Positions 45,656 through 61,469 of a DNA stretch of 64,000 nt are shown one piece after another. A model generated the notes under the pieces. That model worked only from the letters and a program-made list of their open reading frames with translations, made no database searches and had not been told where the DNA came from. The position numbers and the translations under genes are program-made. Source of the DNA: Eledone cirrhosa (taxonomy: Eukaryota); NCBI GenBank assembly GCA_964016885.1, contig OZ024762.1, forward strand, positions 13,640,001 through 13,704,000. Direction: 5' to 3'. The first letter of the stretch is position 1. Each line of letters opens with the position of its first letter.

Positions 45656-45656
45656 G

Positions 45657-45687
<31 letters not shown>

Positions 45688-45757
45688 GAAGTTATATTTA
45701 ATTTGTTGGGATACAACAGGCAAATATATATATATATATATATATACATATACATAC

Positions 45758-45797
<40 letters not shown>

Positions 45798-45798
<1 letters not shown>

Positions 45799-45880
45799 GT
45801 TTTATATTAAAACTTTTATACTCTGCAATGTATTGAGTACCTTACTTACTGTGGTTACCTCCGATTTAACCCGGAATAAC
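45798..45880 (+). mobile_element. Family F tail with a tiny 5' hairpin
   Basis: AGTTTTA-TAT-TAAAACT, then ACTCTGCAATGTATTGAGTACCTTACTTACTGTGGTTACC. Confidence 0.7.
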
Positions 45881-46094
45881 ATAATATATATATATATATG
45901 AAGTTAATAATTGTAATAAAGATGTTTTCAACAACAACAAAACAATGCTGCTGCTGCTACTACTACTACTACTGATAATAATAACAACAACAACAACAAC
46001 CAACACAGACCATAAGTTTCATTTATATTCATAGATATCTAAGAACTTTATTGCCAAAGACACTTCACCCGATGATTGTAAGGAAGACTGCCAA

Positions 46095-47935
46095 ATGTTG
46101 TTGTTGTTGTCGTTGTTATTGTTGCTGTTGCTGTGGTTGTTGTTGTTACTGATGTAGGTGATGTTGACATTGGTGGTGGTGTTGGTGGTGGTATTGGTGG
46201 TGTTTGTAGTGGTCTTGGTGTGGTTGTGGTGGTGGTGGCGTTTGTGGTGGCGTTTGTGGTGGTGTTGGTGGTAGAGGTGGTGGTGGTGGTGATGGTGATG
46301 TTGGTGGTGTTTGTAGTGGTCTTGGTGTGGTGGTGGTGGTGGTGGGTGGAGGTGGTGGTGGTGGTGTTGGTGGTGGTGGTGGTGATGGTGATGTTGATAG
46401 TGTTTGTAGTGGTCTTGGTGTGGTAGTGGTGGTGGCGGCGTTTGTGGTGGTGATGGTGATGTTGGTGGTGTTTGTAGTGGTCTTGTGGTGGTGGTGGTGG
46501 TGTTGGTGGTGGGTGGAGGTGATGGAGGTGGTGATGTTGATAGTGTTTGTAGTGGTCTTGGTGTGGTGGTGGTGGCGTTTGTGGTGGTTTTGGTGGTGGT
46601 GGTGGAGGTGGTGGTGGTCTTGGTGGTATTGTGCTGAGGGTGATGTTAGTGGTGGTGTTGTTGATGGTATTAGTGGTGATGTTGGTGGTGCTGGTGACAG
46701 TGGTGGTATTGGTGATGGTGTTTGGTAGTGATGTTGATATTGGGGTGGTGGCGCTGGTGGCGATGCTATAAATAGTTTCCTTGACAATGGGTGTGGTGGT
46801 GGTGGTGTTGATGTTGTTGTTGGTGGCGGTGATGCTAATGCTGGTGATGGCGGTGTCGGTGGTGGTGGTGGTGTTGATAAAGATGATGTTGTTGCTGATG
46901 ATGGCGGTGGTGGTGGTGGTGTTGATAAAGTTGTCGTCGTCGGCGGCGACGGCGGTTGCGATGGTGTTGATACAGATGATGTTGTTATTGATGATGGTTG
47001 TGGTGTTGCTGTTGGTGGCGGTGGTAGTGTCGATGCTGCATTATTTTATTGGTAGTGAGAGTGATGGTGGTGTTGTTGTTGTTGTTGGTGGTGGTTGTGA
47101 TGGTGGTGGTGTAGGTGGGGAGACACAGCTGTTGTTGTTGGTGTTGTTATCGTGTCTGCTGTAGTATTGGTGATGGTTTTATTCTACTGGTTAACTTCTA
47201 CTGATTGTATCGATAATAACATCGTCAATGGCGGGGTGGCGGTGGTGGGGTGGAGGTGAGGGGGTGGCGGTGATGGGGGTGGAGGTGAAGGGGGTGGCGG
47301 TGATGGGGTGGAGGTGAGGAGGTGATTGAACAATAACAACTATCGATCTCCCACATCTTCACCTCTCACTGATTGATAGAATCGTGCAAAAGAATGGCAT
47401 ATACTAAACAGTTAGTACCAGACTATGTTGTTGTTGATGGTGATGGTGGTGGTGATGGTGATGGTGATGATGGTGATGCTAATGGTGTTGGTGATGATGG
47501 TGATGGTGATGATGGTGGTGATGCTAATGGTGATGGTGGTGATGGTGGTGGTGGTGGTGGTGGTGATGCTAATGGTGATGGTGGTGATGGTGATGGTGGT
47601 GGTGGTGATGGTGGTGATTCTAATGGTGATGGTGATGATGGTGATGGTGATGGTGATGGTGGTGATGCTAATGGTGATGGTGGTGATGGTGATGGTGGTG
47701 ATGCTAATGGTGATGGTGGTGATGGTGATGGTGGTGGTGGTGGTGGTGGTGATGGTGGTGATTCTAATGGTGATGGTGATGATGGTGGTGGTGATGGTGA
47801 TGGTGGTGATGGTGGTGATGGTGATGGTGATGGTGGTGATAGTGATGGTGATGATGGTGGTGATGGTGATGGTGGTGATAGTGATGGTGATGATGGTGGT
47901 AGTGATGGTGATAGTGGTGATGGTGGTGATGATTA
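46095..47935. repeat. (GGT)/(GAT) low-complexity tracts
   Basis: Direct reading. Confidence 0.85.
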
Positions 47936-48061
47936 TATGATAGTTCCATGATTTTGTGTTCATTTACCCTAATTCTGTGTATGTATGTATATATATATAC
48001 ACACACATATATATATATATACATACATATATGTGTGTGTGTAAATGTGTATTTATATGGC

Positions 48062-48098
<37 letters not shown>

Positions 48099-48113
48099 TT
48101 ATATATATATATG

Positions 48114-48160
<47 letters not shown>

Positions 48161-48176
48161 TACATATGATCATATA

Positions 48177-48266
48177 CAGGGTGTCCCCCAAAAATGTATA
48201 TTCATATTTATTAGAATGCTGTCGAAAAGTGTGTTGAAGTGCGTATTCATGTTTTGGGACACCCAG
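48177..48266. mobile_element. Tc1/mariner-type MITE
   Basis: TA|CAGGGTGTCCCCCAAAAATG ... CATGTTTTGGGACACCCAG|TA terminal inverted repeats. Confidence 0.7.
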
Positions 48267-48276
48267 TATTTTATAT

Positions 48277-48378
<102 letters not shown>

Positions 48379-48400
48379 TATATACAATATATATGTATAT

Positions 48401-48437
<37 letters not shown>

Positions 48438-48736
48438 ATGTGAGTGTATGTGTGTGTGTATACATGTGTATATATATTGTGTATCCAATGATGTTCAGAC
48501 ATCAATAATTATGCAAATATATTCATAGAAAATGTATTTCGAAGTTGTAGAGCAATCTTGTAAGACAAGAACTGTTGTGAATACGTTAGTGTCTAAAACA
48601 ATTCATTTAATAACAGTTGTTATCAGATGCTGCAATTCTACATACATGCACATATATACACACATGTATATATAGACACACACAATTGTATGTATATACA
48701 CATACACTTGTATATTTATATATATATATACAGAAC

Positions 48737-48770
<34 letters not shown>

Positions 48771-48961
48771 AAACTTGCATAAATATACTTACACACAATC
48801 ATATACATCTATATATATATGCAAACGCGCAGATACATACACATATATATGTGTGTATATATATGCGTTGTATAATTACATGTGTGTGTATAAATATATG
48901 TTTGTGTATGCATGTATTTACATATAAATATGGGTGTGTGTGTACATATATAATTATGTGT

Positions 48962-49012
<51 letters not shown>

Positions 49013-49899
49013 TGTGTGTGTGCGTAGGTAAAATATTTGAATACAAATGCATTTATCTATTACATGTGTAATTATGTATACACACACACACACGCTCACA
49101 TACACATATATTTATATATACCATGTGTGCAAATGTATGTGTAGGTGTGTGTGCGTATAACTGTGTGTGGAGGTGCGTGTGGAGGTGTGTGTTGGTGTAC
49201 GTGTGTGTGTTGATGTGTGTTTGTGTGTTTGTGTGTTTGTGTGTGTTTGTGTGTATTTTTGTGTGTGTGTGTTTGTGTGTGCGGTTCTCATTCTTCGCTT
49301 CACCGGTTCTGTGTGTCATTTCTAAATTAAGAGAACACAGTCTGCTGTCTAAATTCTGGTGCCATGTTGGGGCTTTTTTGATCTTTTGGTAGCCATTGCT
49401 TTACGTGTTGTGATGTCTTGTAATGCAGTGTGATGTGTTGCGATGTGTCATGGTGATGTGTTGTAATGTAGTGTGTTGTATTGTTTAGTGGTGATGTAGG
49501 TTGTTTTTTGTTGTAATGTAGTGTGTTGTGTTCTGTTGTCTGATGGTGATGGGGGTCGTTTTGTATTGTAATGTAGTGGTTTGTGTTGTGATGTTATGTG
49601 ATATCTCGATGTTGTTCTGTGTTAATGTTTTGTCTTTTCATTTGTTGTATGTTGTGTACGTATTGTGAAGTGGTGTATTGTGTTGTCAATACTGTGCGTT
49701 ATGTTGTGATCTAATGAGCTTTGTAAAATATAAGTGGTTCACTCGTAGTGTAATATGTTGTGGAGCTTGTGGTCATTAATGTGTTGAGAAGTGTCCAAAT
49801 TCCTTTAAGGTTCTAACAGCAAACAAGCACCATTACTTTTCAAGGGTTCCTATTTCACCTAATTCTTTTCATAATATTCATAATTTTCCAACAGCATTA

Positions 49900-50312
49900 T
49901 ATATTGCTGTAGTGGAGTCTGTGCTGCTGTACGGGTCTGAGACTTGGATACTGAACAAGAAACTCACTCAGAAGGTGGATGGGTGCTACACAAGAATGCT
50001 GAGGATGGCTCTGAACATTAATCAGTATACACTGAGGATGAAAAACTCAGAGCTGTATGGGAGCCTCCCAAAAGTCAGCTCAAAAGTGTCACAGAGGAGA
50101 CTGAGTTTAGCTGGACATGCTCACCGACATTCAGAGTTGACACTGCACACAGTGCTCCAGTGGGGGGCCCTGCATGGACACACTGGAAGATGCCCAGTGT
50201 TGATGCCCTAAGGACAGACACTGGTCTGTTGGAGACGCAGGATATGGCAACGACAATGAGGGACAGAGATCGCTGGAGAGAACTCGTCCATGGATCTCGG
50301 GAATTTTACCCG
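49900..50312 (+). mobile_element. RTE-like LINE 3' fragment (RT C-terminal region, frameshifted)
   Basis: VESVLLYGSETWILNKKLTQKVDGCYTRMLRMALNI...RRLSLAGH, then DALRTDTGL...MRDRDRWRELV in the next frame. Confidence 0.9.
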
Positions 50313-50379
<67 letters not shown>

Positions 50380-50382
<3 letters not shown>

Positions 50383-50596
50383 GATCTCCCCCAAAAATGT
50401 ATACATACTTTATTTAGATCTACAGTCAATATTTATTAGAATACACAGCCTTTCCCAAATATATGATGATTTACAGACATAATTCAATTGTATGTAAAGA
50501 CCTACAAATGTTTACATGATTTAAATAATGCATATCAAACGGAATTTGTTTTAATGCATCGCTCTTACTGTTGAAGTCTGTACTTTTGGAGGCACC

Positions 50597-50599
<3 letters not shown>
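50380..50599. mobile_element. Tc1/mariner-type MITE, longer relative of 48177-48266
   Basis: TA|CAGGATCTCCCCCAAAAATGTATAC ... GTACTTTTGGAGGCACCCTG|TA; a solo end also lies at ~32877-32910. Confidence 0.65.
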
Positions 50600-50643
<44 letters not shown>

Positions 50644-50750
50644 AACCGAATGTTAAGTTACCATAAGGTTATATCGCAATCTCGTGTTTAAATAAACAAT
50701 CGTTTTTCTAGAATATGTTTCACAAACAACCATGCAATTCATATATATTA

Positions 50751-50831
<81 letters not shown>

Positions 50832-50950
50832 AATGTATATATTTATATATATATATATATGTATAATGTATATAGTTATATATATATATATATTTATATA
50901 TATTTATATATATATATATATATACATATATGTATATATATATATATGTC

Positions 50951-50993
<43 letters not shown>

Positions 50994-51101
50994 GTCTATA
51001 TATATATATAATATATATGTCTATATATATATATAATATATATGTCTATATATATATATATCTATATATATATAATATATATGTCTATATATATATATAT
51101 C

Positions 51102-51135
<34 letters not shown>

Positions 51136-51552
51136 TAATGTATATTTATATTATTTGATATTATATATATCTTTAAAAAACAACGTATGTTTGCTGGTCG
51201 GTTCCCCCTTTCAAATTTCAAACCTCTGAACGCAATGCAGATTACTCATCTGTGACCTATGATCTTTCCTGGTTGTCACGTGACCTTCCACCTTCGATCT
51301 TAGTCTTCCTTCTTCAAAAAAAAAAAAGCTTAATCGATACTCTTTAGCATTTAAAGCTATCTACCACTCCATTCTTTAGTTGAAAGAAAAAAAATAGAAT
51401 CTATCTCTGTATATATCGTTACACACACACACACACATACTTAAACACACACACACACACAAACACACACATATATACACATACATATATATATATATTA
51501 TATATTATATATAAGTGTGGTTACACCAGTTGCAGGAACATAATTATGATGA

Positions 51553-51599
<47 letters not shown>

Positions 51600-51767
51600 A
51601 GGGTGTACATGAGAAAACGAAAATATTTATACATACATACATACATATATACCATATATATAAATATATATGTATATATATATATATATATGTATAAATA
51701 TATATGTATATATATATATATATACATATATATGTATATATTATACATATATAACTATGTATATATA

Positions 51768-51827
<60 letters not shown>

Positions 51828-51954
51828 GTGTATATAGGATATTAAGTAGAACACGTGCCTCTGTGTATATTAATGCGTATATGTCTGTCTATGACAGATG
51901 TATAAACGGGAAGTTGTAGGTATTTTGCCTATATTGTATGTATATATATATGTC

Positions 51955-52049
<95 letters not shown>

Positions 52050-52055
52050 TATATA

Positions 52056-52350
<295 letters not shown>

Positions 52351-52357
52351 GTATATA

Positions 52358-52397
<40 letters not shown>

Positions 52398-52502
52398 TGC
52401 TATATATGGTATGTATGTATGTATATATAAATATTTTTCGATTTCCCATGTACACCCTCCCACAGACCTATATATATATATATGTATATATATATATGTG
52501 TG

Positions 52503-52533
<31 letters not shown>

Positions 52534-52654
52534 GTATATATATGTATATATATATATGTATATATATATATGTATATATATGTATATATATATATGTATA
52601 TATATATATGTATATATATATATGTATATATATATATGTAGATATATATATATG

Positions 52655-52685
<31 letters not shown>

Positions 52686-52778
52686 GTATATATGTATATA
52701 TATATATGTATATATATGTATATATATATATATGTATATATATGTATATATATGTATATATATATATGTATATATATG

Positions 52779-52810
<32 letters not shown>

Positions 52811-52822
52811 TGTATATATATG

Positions 52823-52865
<43 letters not shown>

Positions 52866-52961
52866 ATATATATGTATATGTATATGTATAATATATGTAT
52901 ATATGTATATGTATATATATATGTATATATGTATATGTATATATGTATATGTATATATAAT

Positions 52962-52995
<34 letters not shown>

Positions 52996-52997
52996 AT

Positions 52998-53028
<31 letters not shown>

Positions 53029-53040
53029 CATATATATATT

Positions 53041-53140
<100 letters not shown>

Positions 53141-53141
53141 C

Positions 53142-53200
<59 letters not shown>

Positions 53201-53260
53201 CATATATATATACAATATATGTATACATATATATATATATATATACTTATATATATATAC

Positions 53261-53312
<52 letters not shown>

Positions 53313-53343
53313 TTATATATATATACATAATAATATATATACA

Positions 53344-53395
<52 letters not shown>

Positions 53396-53699
53396 GAGTG
53401 AGAGAGAGGGAAGGAGAGATATATCGATATAGCGAGAAGGAGAGAGAGAGAGAGAGAGAGAGAGAGCTTTGAATAAGAAACAAGAAAGGTCGCTATGACG
53501 ATCACTTCCTCATTGTACCCGACGGGCAAATGTCTCGACCTGCCCCCATGTGTTGAAACAGAAGCTATTAAATTGTGGAGAGAGCCATTTTAGTCGGTGT
53601 AAAAATTCTATATATACATGAGCACACACAGACGTACAGACTTACACACACACACAACACGACACACACACACACACACTACATATATATATATATATC

Positions 53700-53736
<37 letters not shown>

Positions 53737-53782
53737 TATATATATATATATATTATATATATATACATATATATATATACAT

Positions 53783-53856
<74 letters not shown>

Positions 53857-53878
53857 ATGTATATATATATATATAATG

Positions 53879-53930
<52 letters not shown>

Positions 53931-53933
53931 CAA

Positions 53934-53989
<56 letters not shown>

Positions 53990-54008
53990 TATCAGTTTGA
54001 AGAATAGT

Positions 54009-54070
<62 letters not shown>

Positions 54071-54170
54071 AAATGATGCGTGATTGTGTTACGTTAGTGT
54101 ATATTGATATTGTTGTGGTACAATCATGTTTTGCTGAAGACGGCGCCATGGATTACCAGATCACACATAT

Positions 54171-54226
<56 letters not shown>

Positions 54227-54411
54227 GAAAAGTATAACCCCGAGGGCAGAGCTCAAGCCGTTTCGACGGCTATTTCAGTCTAGAAATAACCGTCGAAACG
54301 GCTTGAGCTCTGCCGTCGGGGTCATACTTTTTCCTATTACCCACTCTACTACCCTAAGTATTGAGTACTCTGGTGCGATATGGTCCATCTGGTTCCTTAC
54401 CACAATTCCTT

Positions 54412-54415
<4 letters not shown>
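54227..54415 (+). mobile_element. Family A fold-back element
   Basis: Centre CGACGGCTATTTC-AGTCTA-GAAATAACCGTCG; family tail. Confidence 0.9.
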
Positions 54416-54480
<65 letters not shown>

Positions 54481-54486
54481 GTAAAT

Positions 54487-54599
54487 ATAGGAAAAGAGTC
54501 AGGACCCCGACGGCTGAGCTCTGGCCATTTCGACAGCTAGGTCCGAATAGCATCTGTCGAAACGGCCGGGCTCAGTCGTCGAGGTCCTGACTCTTTCCC

Positions 54600-54602
<3 letters not shown>
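54487..54602. mobile_element. Family A-related tailless fold-back
   Basis: ATAGGAAAAGAGTCAGGACCCCGACGGCTGAGC / GCTCAGTCGTCGAGGTCCTGACTCTTTCCCTAT; fragment also at 57937-57990. Confidence 0.75.
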
Positions 54603-54641
<39 letters not shown>

Positions 54642-55149
54642 GTGTGTGTGTGAGTGTGCGCCTGTGTGTGTGCCTGTGTATAATGGGCGTGAATAGCAAC
54701 AGCTGGTACCCCTTTGATCATAGGTCTCCCGGATTAGGGATGACCTGGGTATATACAATATCAAAACCAACAACTACACCGCTACCCTTTAGCTACACCC
54801 TCCTCGCCTACAATGGGTAACCACGCCAGTTTTAAGTACCGGGGTGTGGTCGGGTGTAACTCCACATCTCCTAACAGAAGACACGATGGCAGGGATTAAT
54901 TTCATGACAACAGAGATAAAATAATCATAAAATGTTTTGTGTTTCCACCTTCCATCTTCTTCTCTAGATACGGTGATAGATACCGAGTTTAAAATAACAA
55001 AATAACTTCTTTATTTTAGCGTACTTCATCTTTCCCTCTCCCCCTTTCTGTCTTTCTATCTTTCTTTCTTCCCACTCTCTCTCTCTCCTCCTCTCCATAT
55101 ATATATATCCATGTGCAACCATGCAGTATTCTTCTCCCCCATATTTTTC

Positions 55150-55185
<36 letters not shown>

Positions 55186-55238
55186 TGAAATATCATACAT
55201 CCCTCTCTCTTGTACACACTCTCTCTATATATATCTAT

Positions 55239-55274
<36 letters not shown>

Positions 55275-55467
55275 TGATCTATCTATCAGTAGCAGACCCG
55301 TGTAGTTTATGGTAGGTAGGTAGTGTTACTTTTCTTCGAAGGTCCTAAGATCGAAGATATAAAATTGGGGACAAAAGTAAAACATATTAATAAATAAATA
55401 AATATATATATAAATAAATATATGGCGGTAATAAAAATACACGTTATTGCTGGTAATAAAAATACCA

Positions 55468-55612
55468 GCTATTGCTGGTACTCATTTTCAGCTGAGTATA
55501 CTGGAGCAACGTGAAATGAAGTGTTTTGCTTTAGGTTACAACACGCAACCCAGGAATCGGACCCACGACATTATGATCGTGAGTCCAACACCCTTACCAC
55601 TAGGCTACCTAC
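55468..55612 (-). mobile_element. tRNA-head CORE-like SINE
   Basis: Minus strand: A-box TAGCCTAGTGG, B-box GGTCCGATTCC, then a CORE-like GTAACCTAAAGCAAAACACTT. Confidence 0.75.
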
Positions 55613-55624
55613 CTCTCTTTCGCT

Positions 55625-55658
<34 letters not shown>

Positions 55659-55749
55659 TGAAAAATGGAACGGGAACAAAACAGATTCGATCCTGGTCGG
55701 GAGTAGGGCTCCCGGTAAACTTTTTCATTTTTTTCTATGGGTTGTAAAA

Positions 55750-55845
55750 TAAAAACTGAAAAAGCTTACTTGTACCTCTTGACCAGGATTGAACCCAAGA
55801 CCAGGATCTCCACCGTCTCTAGTACCTACCGCTGGGCCACAGAGA
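55750..55845 (-). mobile_element. tRNA-like SINE head
   Basis: Minus strand: A-box TGGCCCAGCGG and B-box GGTTCAATCC; partial inverted relative at 55685-55735. Confidence 0.55.
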
Positions 55846-56068
55846 CAACTACGAGAATGTTATGAAAATTCATACATATAAACCTACTTTCAAAATTTTC
55901 AACGCAGAATGATGTGGTGTCGTTCATGTCTTTCTTAATGTTATTGTCCCTACTTAAGGTCGACTTCTAAACCATTTGGGTGTTCCATAAACTACATCCT
56001 CGTTGTGTTTCACATCTATCTAGACTATATTTTAACATGTAATCCATATTTCATTTCTGTTCCACCAC

Positions 56069-56112
<44 letters not shown>

Positions 56113-56344
56113 ACCCCCTCTCTCTATGATATTTGAATCTACTATGATTTGGGCTTACCTTATTCCTATATATATGTCAGTTAGATTCAAATTTAAATGA
56201 TTGGCATTATATATATAAATATATATATATACATATATATATAAATATATAGTAATAATAATAAATGTGAAGACTAAAATCCGAAGATCCCGGATGAAAG
56301 CAGCAATTCTTTGCTTAAACTATAATCTGTTATATTAATATAAA

Positions 56345-56543
56345 TATATATATGTGCGTGCGTGTGTGTGTGTGTGTGCGTGTGTGTGTGTGTGTGTGAA
56401 AAACGCCCTCACAAACAGGTAGGGTATATATATATACATACATATATATATCCTACCTGTTTGTGAGGGAGTTTTTCACGCGCGCACACACACACACACA
56501 CGCAAACACACACACAAACACACACACACATATATATATATAT
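56345..56543. repeat. Palindrome centred on a TA array
   Basis: (GT)n-GTGAAAAACGCCCTCACAAACAGGTAGG-(TA)-CCTACCTGTTTGTGAGGGAGTTTTTCAC-(CA)n. Confidence 0.85.
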
Positions 56544-57076
56544 ACTCATACATAGATAAAGGTAATAAAGTGTTGAGATATCTTTGTAGGATAAGAAGAG
56601 GTGTAATAAAACCCGTTAACCTGTAATTACGACAATTAATTCACAAATCAACAGATTCAGAGAATCTCAGCAAATAAAAACCTTAGAAATCAACATAAAC
56701 AGAAAACCCGAGAAATAACTCCTGACCTCAACATTAGGGATATTTGGCGGTGTCACATTACAAAGGGTTTCCCTTGGGCCTTTTGCGGGATTCTGTGTTC
56801 ATGTGTTTGTGCGTGTGTGTGTGTGTATATATATATATATATTTACATGTGTATATATATATGTCTGTGTATATATATTTCCTTCTATGTATTTATGTAT
56901 GTATATATGCGTGAGTGTATGAATGTTTGTATATATATGTATATATATATTATGTATATATAAATATATATATATATATATAAATTTATGTGTGTATATA
57001 TATATGTGTGTGTATATATATATATATCCGTCTATGTATTTATGTATGTATGTCTCTATGAGTGTATGAATATTTG

Positions 57077-57117
<41 letters not shown>

Positions 57118-57182
57118 GTGTGTGTATATATATTCCCTTCAATGTATTTATGTATGTATGTCTCTTTGCGTGTATGTATGTT

Positions 57183-57241
<59 letters not shown>

Positions 57242-57456
57242 CAAAATTTGGGAAAGGAGTGTATGTGTGATTATATGTGAGCATTTGTATATGCTGCTAT
57301 GTATTTATGTATATGTATATAGGCTTTTTAATATGTGTATGCATTTCTGTGTATGTACGTGTAAGTGTCTGTAGATGCCGCTGCGTGTAAATATAAGTAT
57401 AAGTATATATGACGTTATTTGTATAAGTTTGTATGCGTATCTGTGTGTGTATGTGT

Positions 57457-57493
<37 letters not shown>

Positions 57494-57703
57494 ATATGTA
57501 GTTTTTGTTATTGATGTTGTCCATACATTCCTGTCTCTGGTTGTGTATTTATTTACTTTTAGAAGAAAGCCTAAGGGAGAGGGTGGGGCGGGTGTGGTGG
57601 TGCCTTGACACGTGTTAGTGTAAGGCAAGATTTTTAATTGGTCGACAAAGGGTCAAAATCACTGTCACCTTACAGGTCTCAGATTCGGTGTCTTATCATT
57701 CAT

Positions 57704-57741
<38 letters not shown>

Positions 57742-57856
57742 ACACACACACATAGACACACACATACACACAAAGAGAAATTAACACCTCTACACACCAT
57801 AATACATACACACATATACAAAAGTAATACATGCTTGTGTTTATATTTATCAATAT

Positions 57857-57914
<58 letters not shown>

Positions 57915-58004
57915 CATACATATATATTTATGAAAATAGGAAAAAAGTCAGAACACCGACGGCTGAGCTCTAGCCTAGATCCGAACTGTATATATATATA
58001 TATA

Positions 58005-58220
58005 TTCTGCCTTGACAAAGGCTAAGGGGTCATCTCTCCCGGTGATTTTGGATGGCCATTTACTCTTAAGAGCTCCTTTCCCCTTTGACATGTTTTGTTT
58101 TTAGTCCTGCAGGATGTCCACAGTCACCCTCCTCACCAAGAAACCTCGGTGGGGTTGCCAGTTTAGTCGCCAACGACCCGACCATGGGACAGGTTGTACT
58201 GGGATACATGTGTGTATCCC

Positions 58221-58225
<5 letters not shown>
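58005..58225 (-). mobile_element. Second copy of the 11670-11870 repeat with a 5' terminal hairpin
   Basis: Reverse-complement match; TGTACTGGGATAC-ATGTGT-GTATCCCAGTACA. Confidence 0.8.
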
Positions 58226-58309
<84 letters not shown>

Positions 58310-58575
58310 CACTGTAACTTCACTACTTATATTCATAATATTCAAGAAATAGTACATTAGTTTCGTGTTCAACGTTGAACAGGTGTTATAAACATTTGTT
58401 TGTAAAAAACATTGGCGGAAGATAGCGGAAGATAACGGAAGATGGCGGAATAGGATTGTAGATAAACCTGTTAATTGATTGGCTGTCACAACCCTGTGAA
58501 ATATGGGTTGATGCATTGTGTAGTGGTAAAAAATATGTATGGAAAATACACATATATATGCAAATATATACAGGA

Positions 58576-58646
<71 letters not shown>

Positions 58647-58693
58647 AATATATATGCATATAGATGTAGATACGCATATAGATGAATATATGA

Positions 58694-58770
<77 letters not shown>

Positions 58771-58849
58771 AATATGCATATATATATATATATATATATA
58801 AATATGCATATATATATATATATATAAATATGCATATATATATATATGC

Positions 58850-58901
<52 letters not shown>

Positions 58902-59460
58902 TATGTAAATATGCATATGTATGTATATATATATATATATATTTATATGTACATGTATAAATATGCATATATATCTCTCTCTATATATATATATGCAAAG
59001 CAGCGATAAATCTTTCGCTTGGAAATAGGAAATATAATAGTGAGAAAAAGAGAGAATAGAAATGAGAGAAGATACAAAAACATGGAAGACAAATGTGTGA
59101 GGAATAACTTTATAAACAGCTGATTTTAAAATATTTGTAGATTCTCGTGTATACGAGAACTAGAGAGCATCATGGCGTTTTGACATAAATGGCTGACTTG
59201 TGTAGTTTGTCAATAAAAATGATGGTTTATGCTTGCCTAATGAGATCAACTTTGTGATTCTATTAAGAATAGAAAACCTCCATTGTGGAATAGAAGCAAA
59301 TAGATAAAATGAAATAACGTATTTTTCTGCAATGCAGAGGTTACAGAATTGGTAACCTGATTATATATTATAGTATACTATATAATTTGCAAATTTAATG
59401 GTGAGATATATGCGTAGATAGAGAGAGATATATATGTAAGTATATATATAAATATAAATA

Positions 59461-59521
<61 letters not shown>

Positions 59522-59694
59522 ATATTTATATTTATATATATACTTACATATATATGTAGGTGTGTATATATATATATACATATATACATATTTATATGTA
59601 TATATATATAATTATATTTATATATATATACTTACATATATATGTAGGTGTATATATATATATATGCATATATATATATATGTGTGTGTGTGTC

Positions 59695-59726
<32 letters not shown>

Positions 59727-59746
59727 AATCTCTTTCTCTCTCTCTC

Positions 59747-59787
<41 letters not shown>

Positions 59788-60201
59788 TCTAAACGTATAA
59801 TTAGATATCCTAGATTCCTTTCTCTAACTATATCCACGAGAACTGAACGGCTTCGCTATTGGCCAAATCATAGCATTAATTGGTGTCACTATTGTGCAGT
59901 AAACAATGACGCCTGTGATGTATTTACTATTTAGAAGACATTCTATATCAAGATTTATACAATTATATATTCAAATCGTCTTATATGATGTGTTTAAATG
60001 TGTGTTTATATAGCGATTTTATAGCGCATGCGTTTAAATGGACCCTTTATAGTTGCTATTTGACAAAGATTCTATAACGCTGGAAGTGATAGAATAAATA
60101 TATATATAAAACTTTGATGGAGTTTGTCTCAAAAGTCTTTTGATATCTGCATTGTTTAGTAAAATAGAGGGATTGTACCATTGTATACTTCGCCCCCCCC
60201 C

Positions 60202-60285
<84 letters not shown>

Positions 60286-60497
60286 GGAAAAAATGAAACG
60301 AAATTTCATTTCTCACTTAGTACGGCTGTTACTTAAATATAAGTATGTATACGTACATACATATATGTATACAGACGTCTGTATACATATATGCATGTAC
60401 GTATATATACTTATATATATATATATAGTTTTATATATATATATAGTTTTATATATATATATATATATAGTTTTATATATATATATAGTTTTATATA

Positions 60498-60532
<35 letters not shown>

Positions 60533-60595
60533 TTATATATATATATAGTTTTATATATATATTTAAATATATATAAAGATTTATATATATATATA

Positions 60596-60636
<41 letters not shown>

Positions 60637-60721
60637 TTTTATATATATAAAGATTTATATATATATATATATATAGTTTTATATATATATATATATATAT
60701 ATATAGTAATATTTATATATA

Positions 60722-60770
<49 letters not shown>

Positions 60771-60954
60771 ATATTTATATATAGTTATATATATATATAT
60801 ATATATAGTTATATATATAACTATATAACTATATATATAAACGTTTGTATATGTATAATAAAGCCAAAACAATGCAGGTATGGACATAGAATAAAGAATG
60901 CAAATGCAAAAGATATTGTTGACAATTAATCTTTTACCTTAGATTTATTTAAAT

Positions 60955-60992
60955 GTCCTTAATTTTCGAGACAATATCTCTTCTTCGGAGGG
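60955..60992 (-). ncRNA. Minimal hammerhead, CCGAAGA variant
   Basis: CCT-CCGAAGA-AGAGAT-ATT-GTCTC-GAAA-AT-TA-AGG, with AATAAA downstream. Confidence 0.55.
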
Positions 60993-61469
60993 AAGTAAAG
61001 CGGTTAAACCAGTGTTCTAAATAGCTTGCCAAGTCATTTCTGGAATGCTCTGAAAAATTAATTTCCATTTCTTTCGCTAGACGATATCACTCGTGGTTAG
61101 GAGGGGCTGGCCGGGATCTGCAATCGTCGCTGATTATTGACTGCTAAACAAGGGCTTAATCTTTACTCTATATCCTACCCTGAAAACTTATTGAGAATAT
61201 CTATAATACACTTAAACTTTTTCATAACATACTCTTTCTGTAAATTCTTTAACTAAATCTCACAACCCAAACCTTAAACCTTATTTCTCTTATTTTTCTA
61301 ACTTCATCCTATAACTCTAAAACATAAGTTTAACATTCCTAATTGCTAACCGAAATTTCTGTCCTCACATTATACCATACAGACGCCCACTGTATATGCC
61401 TTTGCTAAAGATATATGTGCTTCGGAAAAAACATTTTTCGCACAAATTTTCTAGCACGCACGGTCAGCC

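Noticed and set aside
47373-47951. Gly/Asp-rich ORF resembling a structural protein
   Set aside because: (GGT/GAT)n tract like others in the window; overlapping frames are equally open.
55775-55845. Functional tRNA gene
   Set aside because: A and B boxes are present but no convincing cloverleaf; treated as a SINE head.
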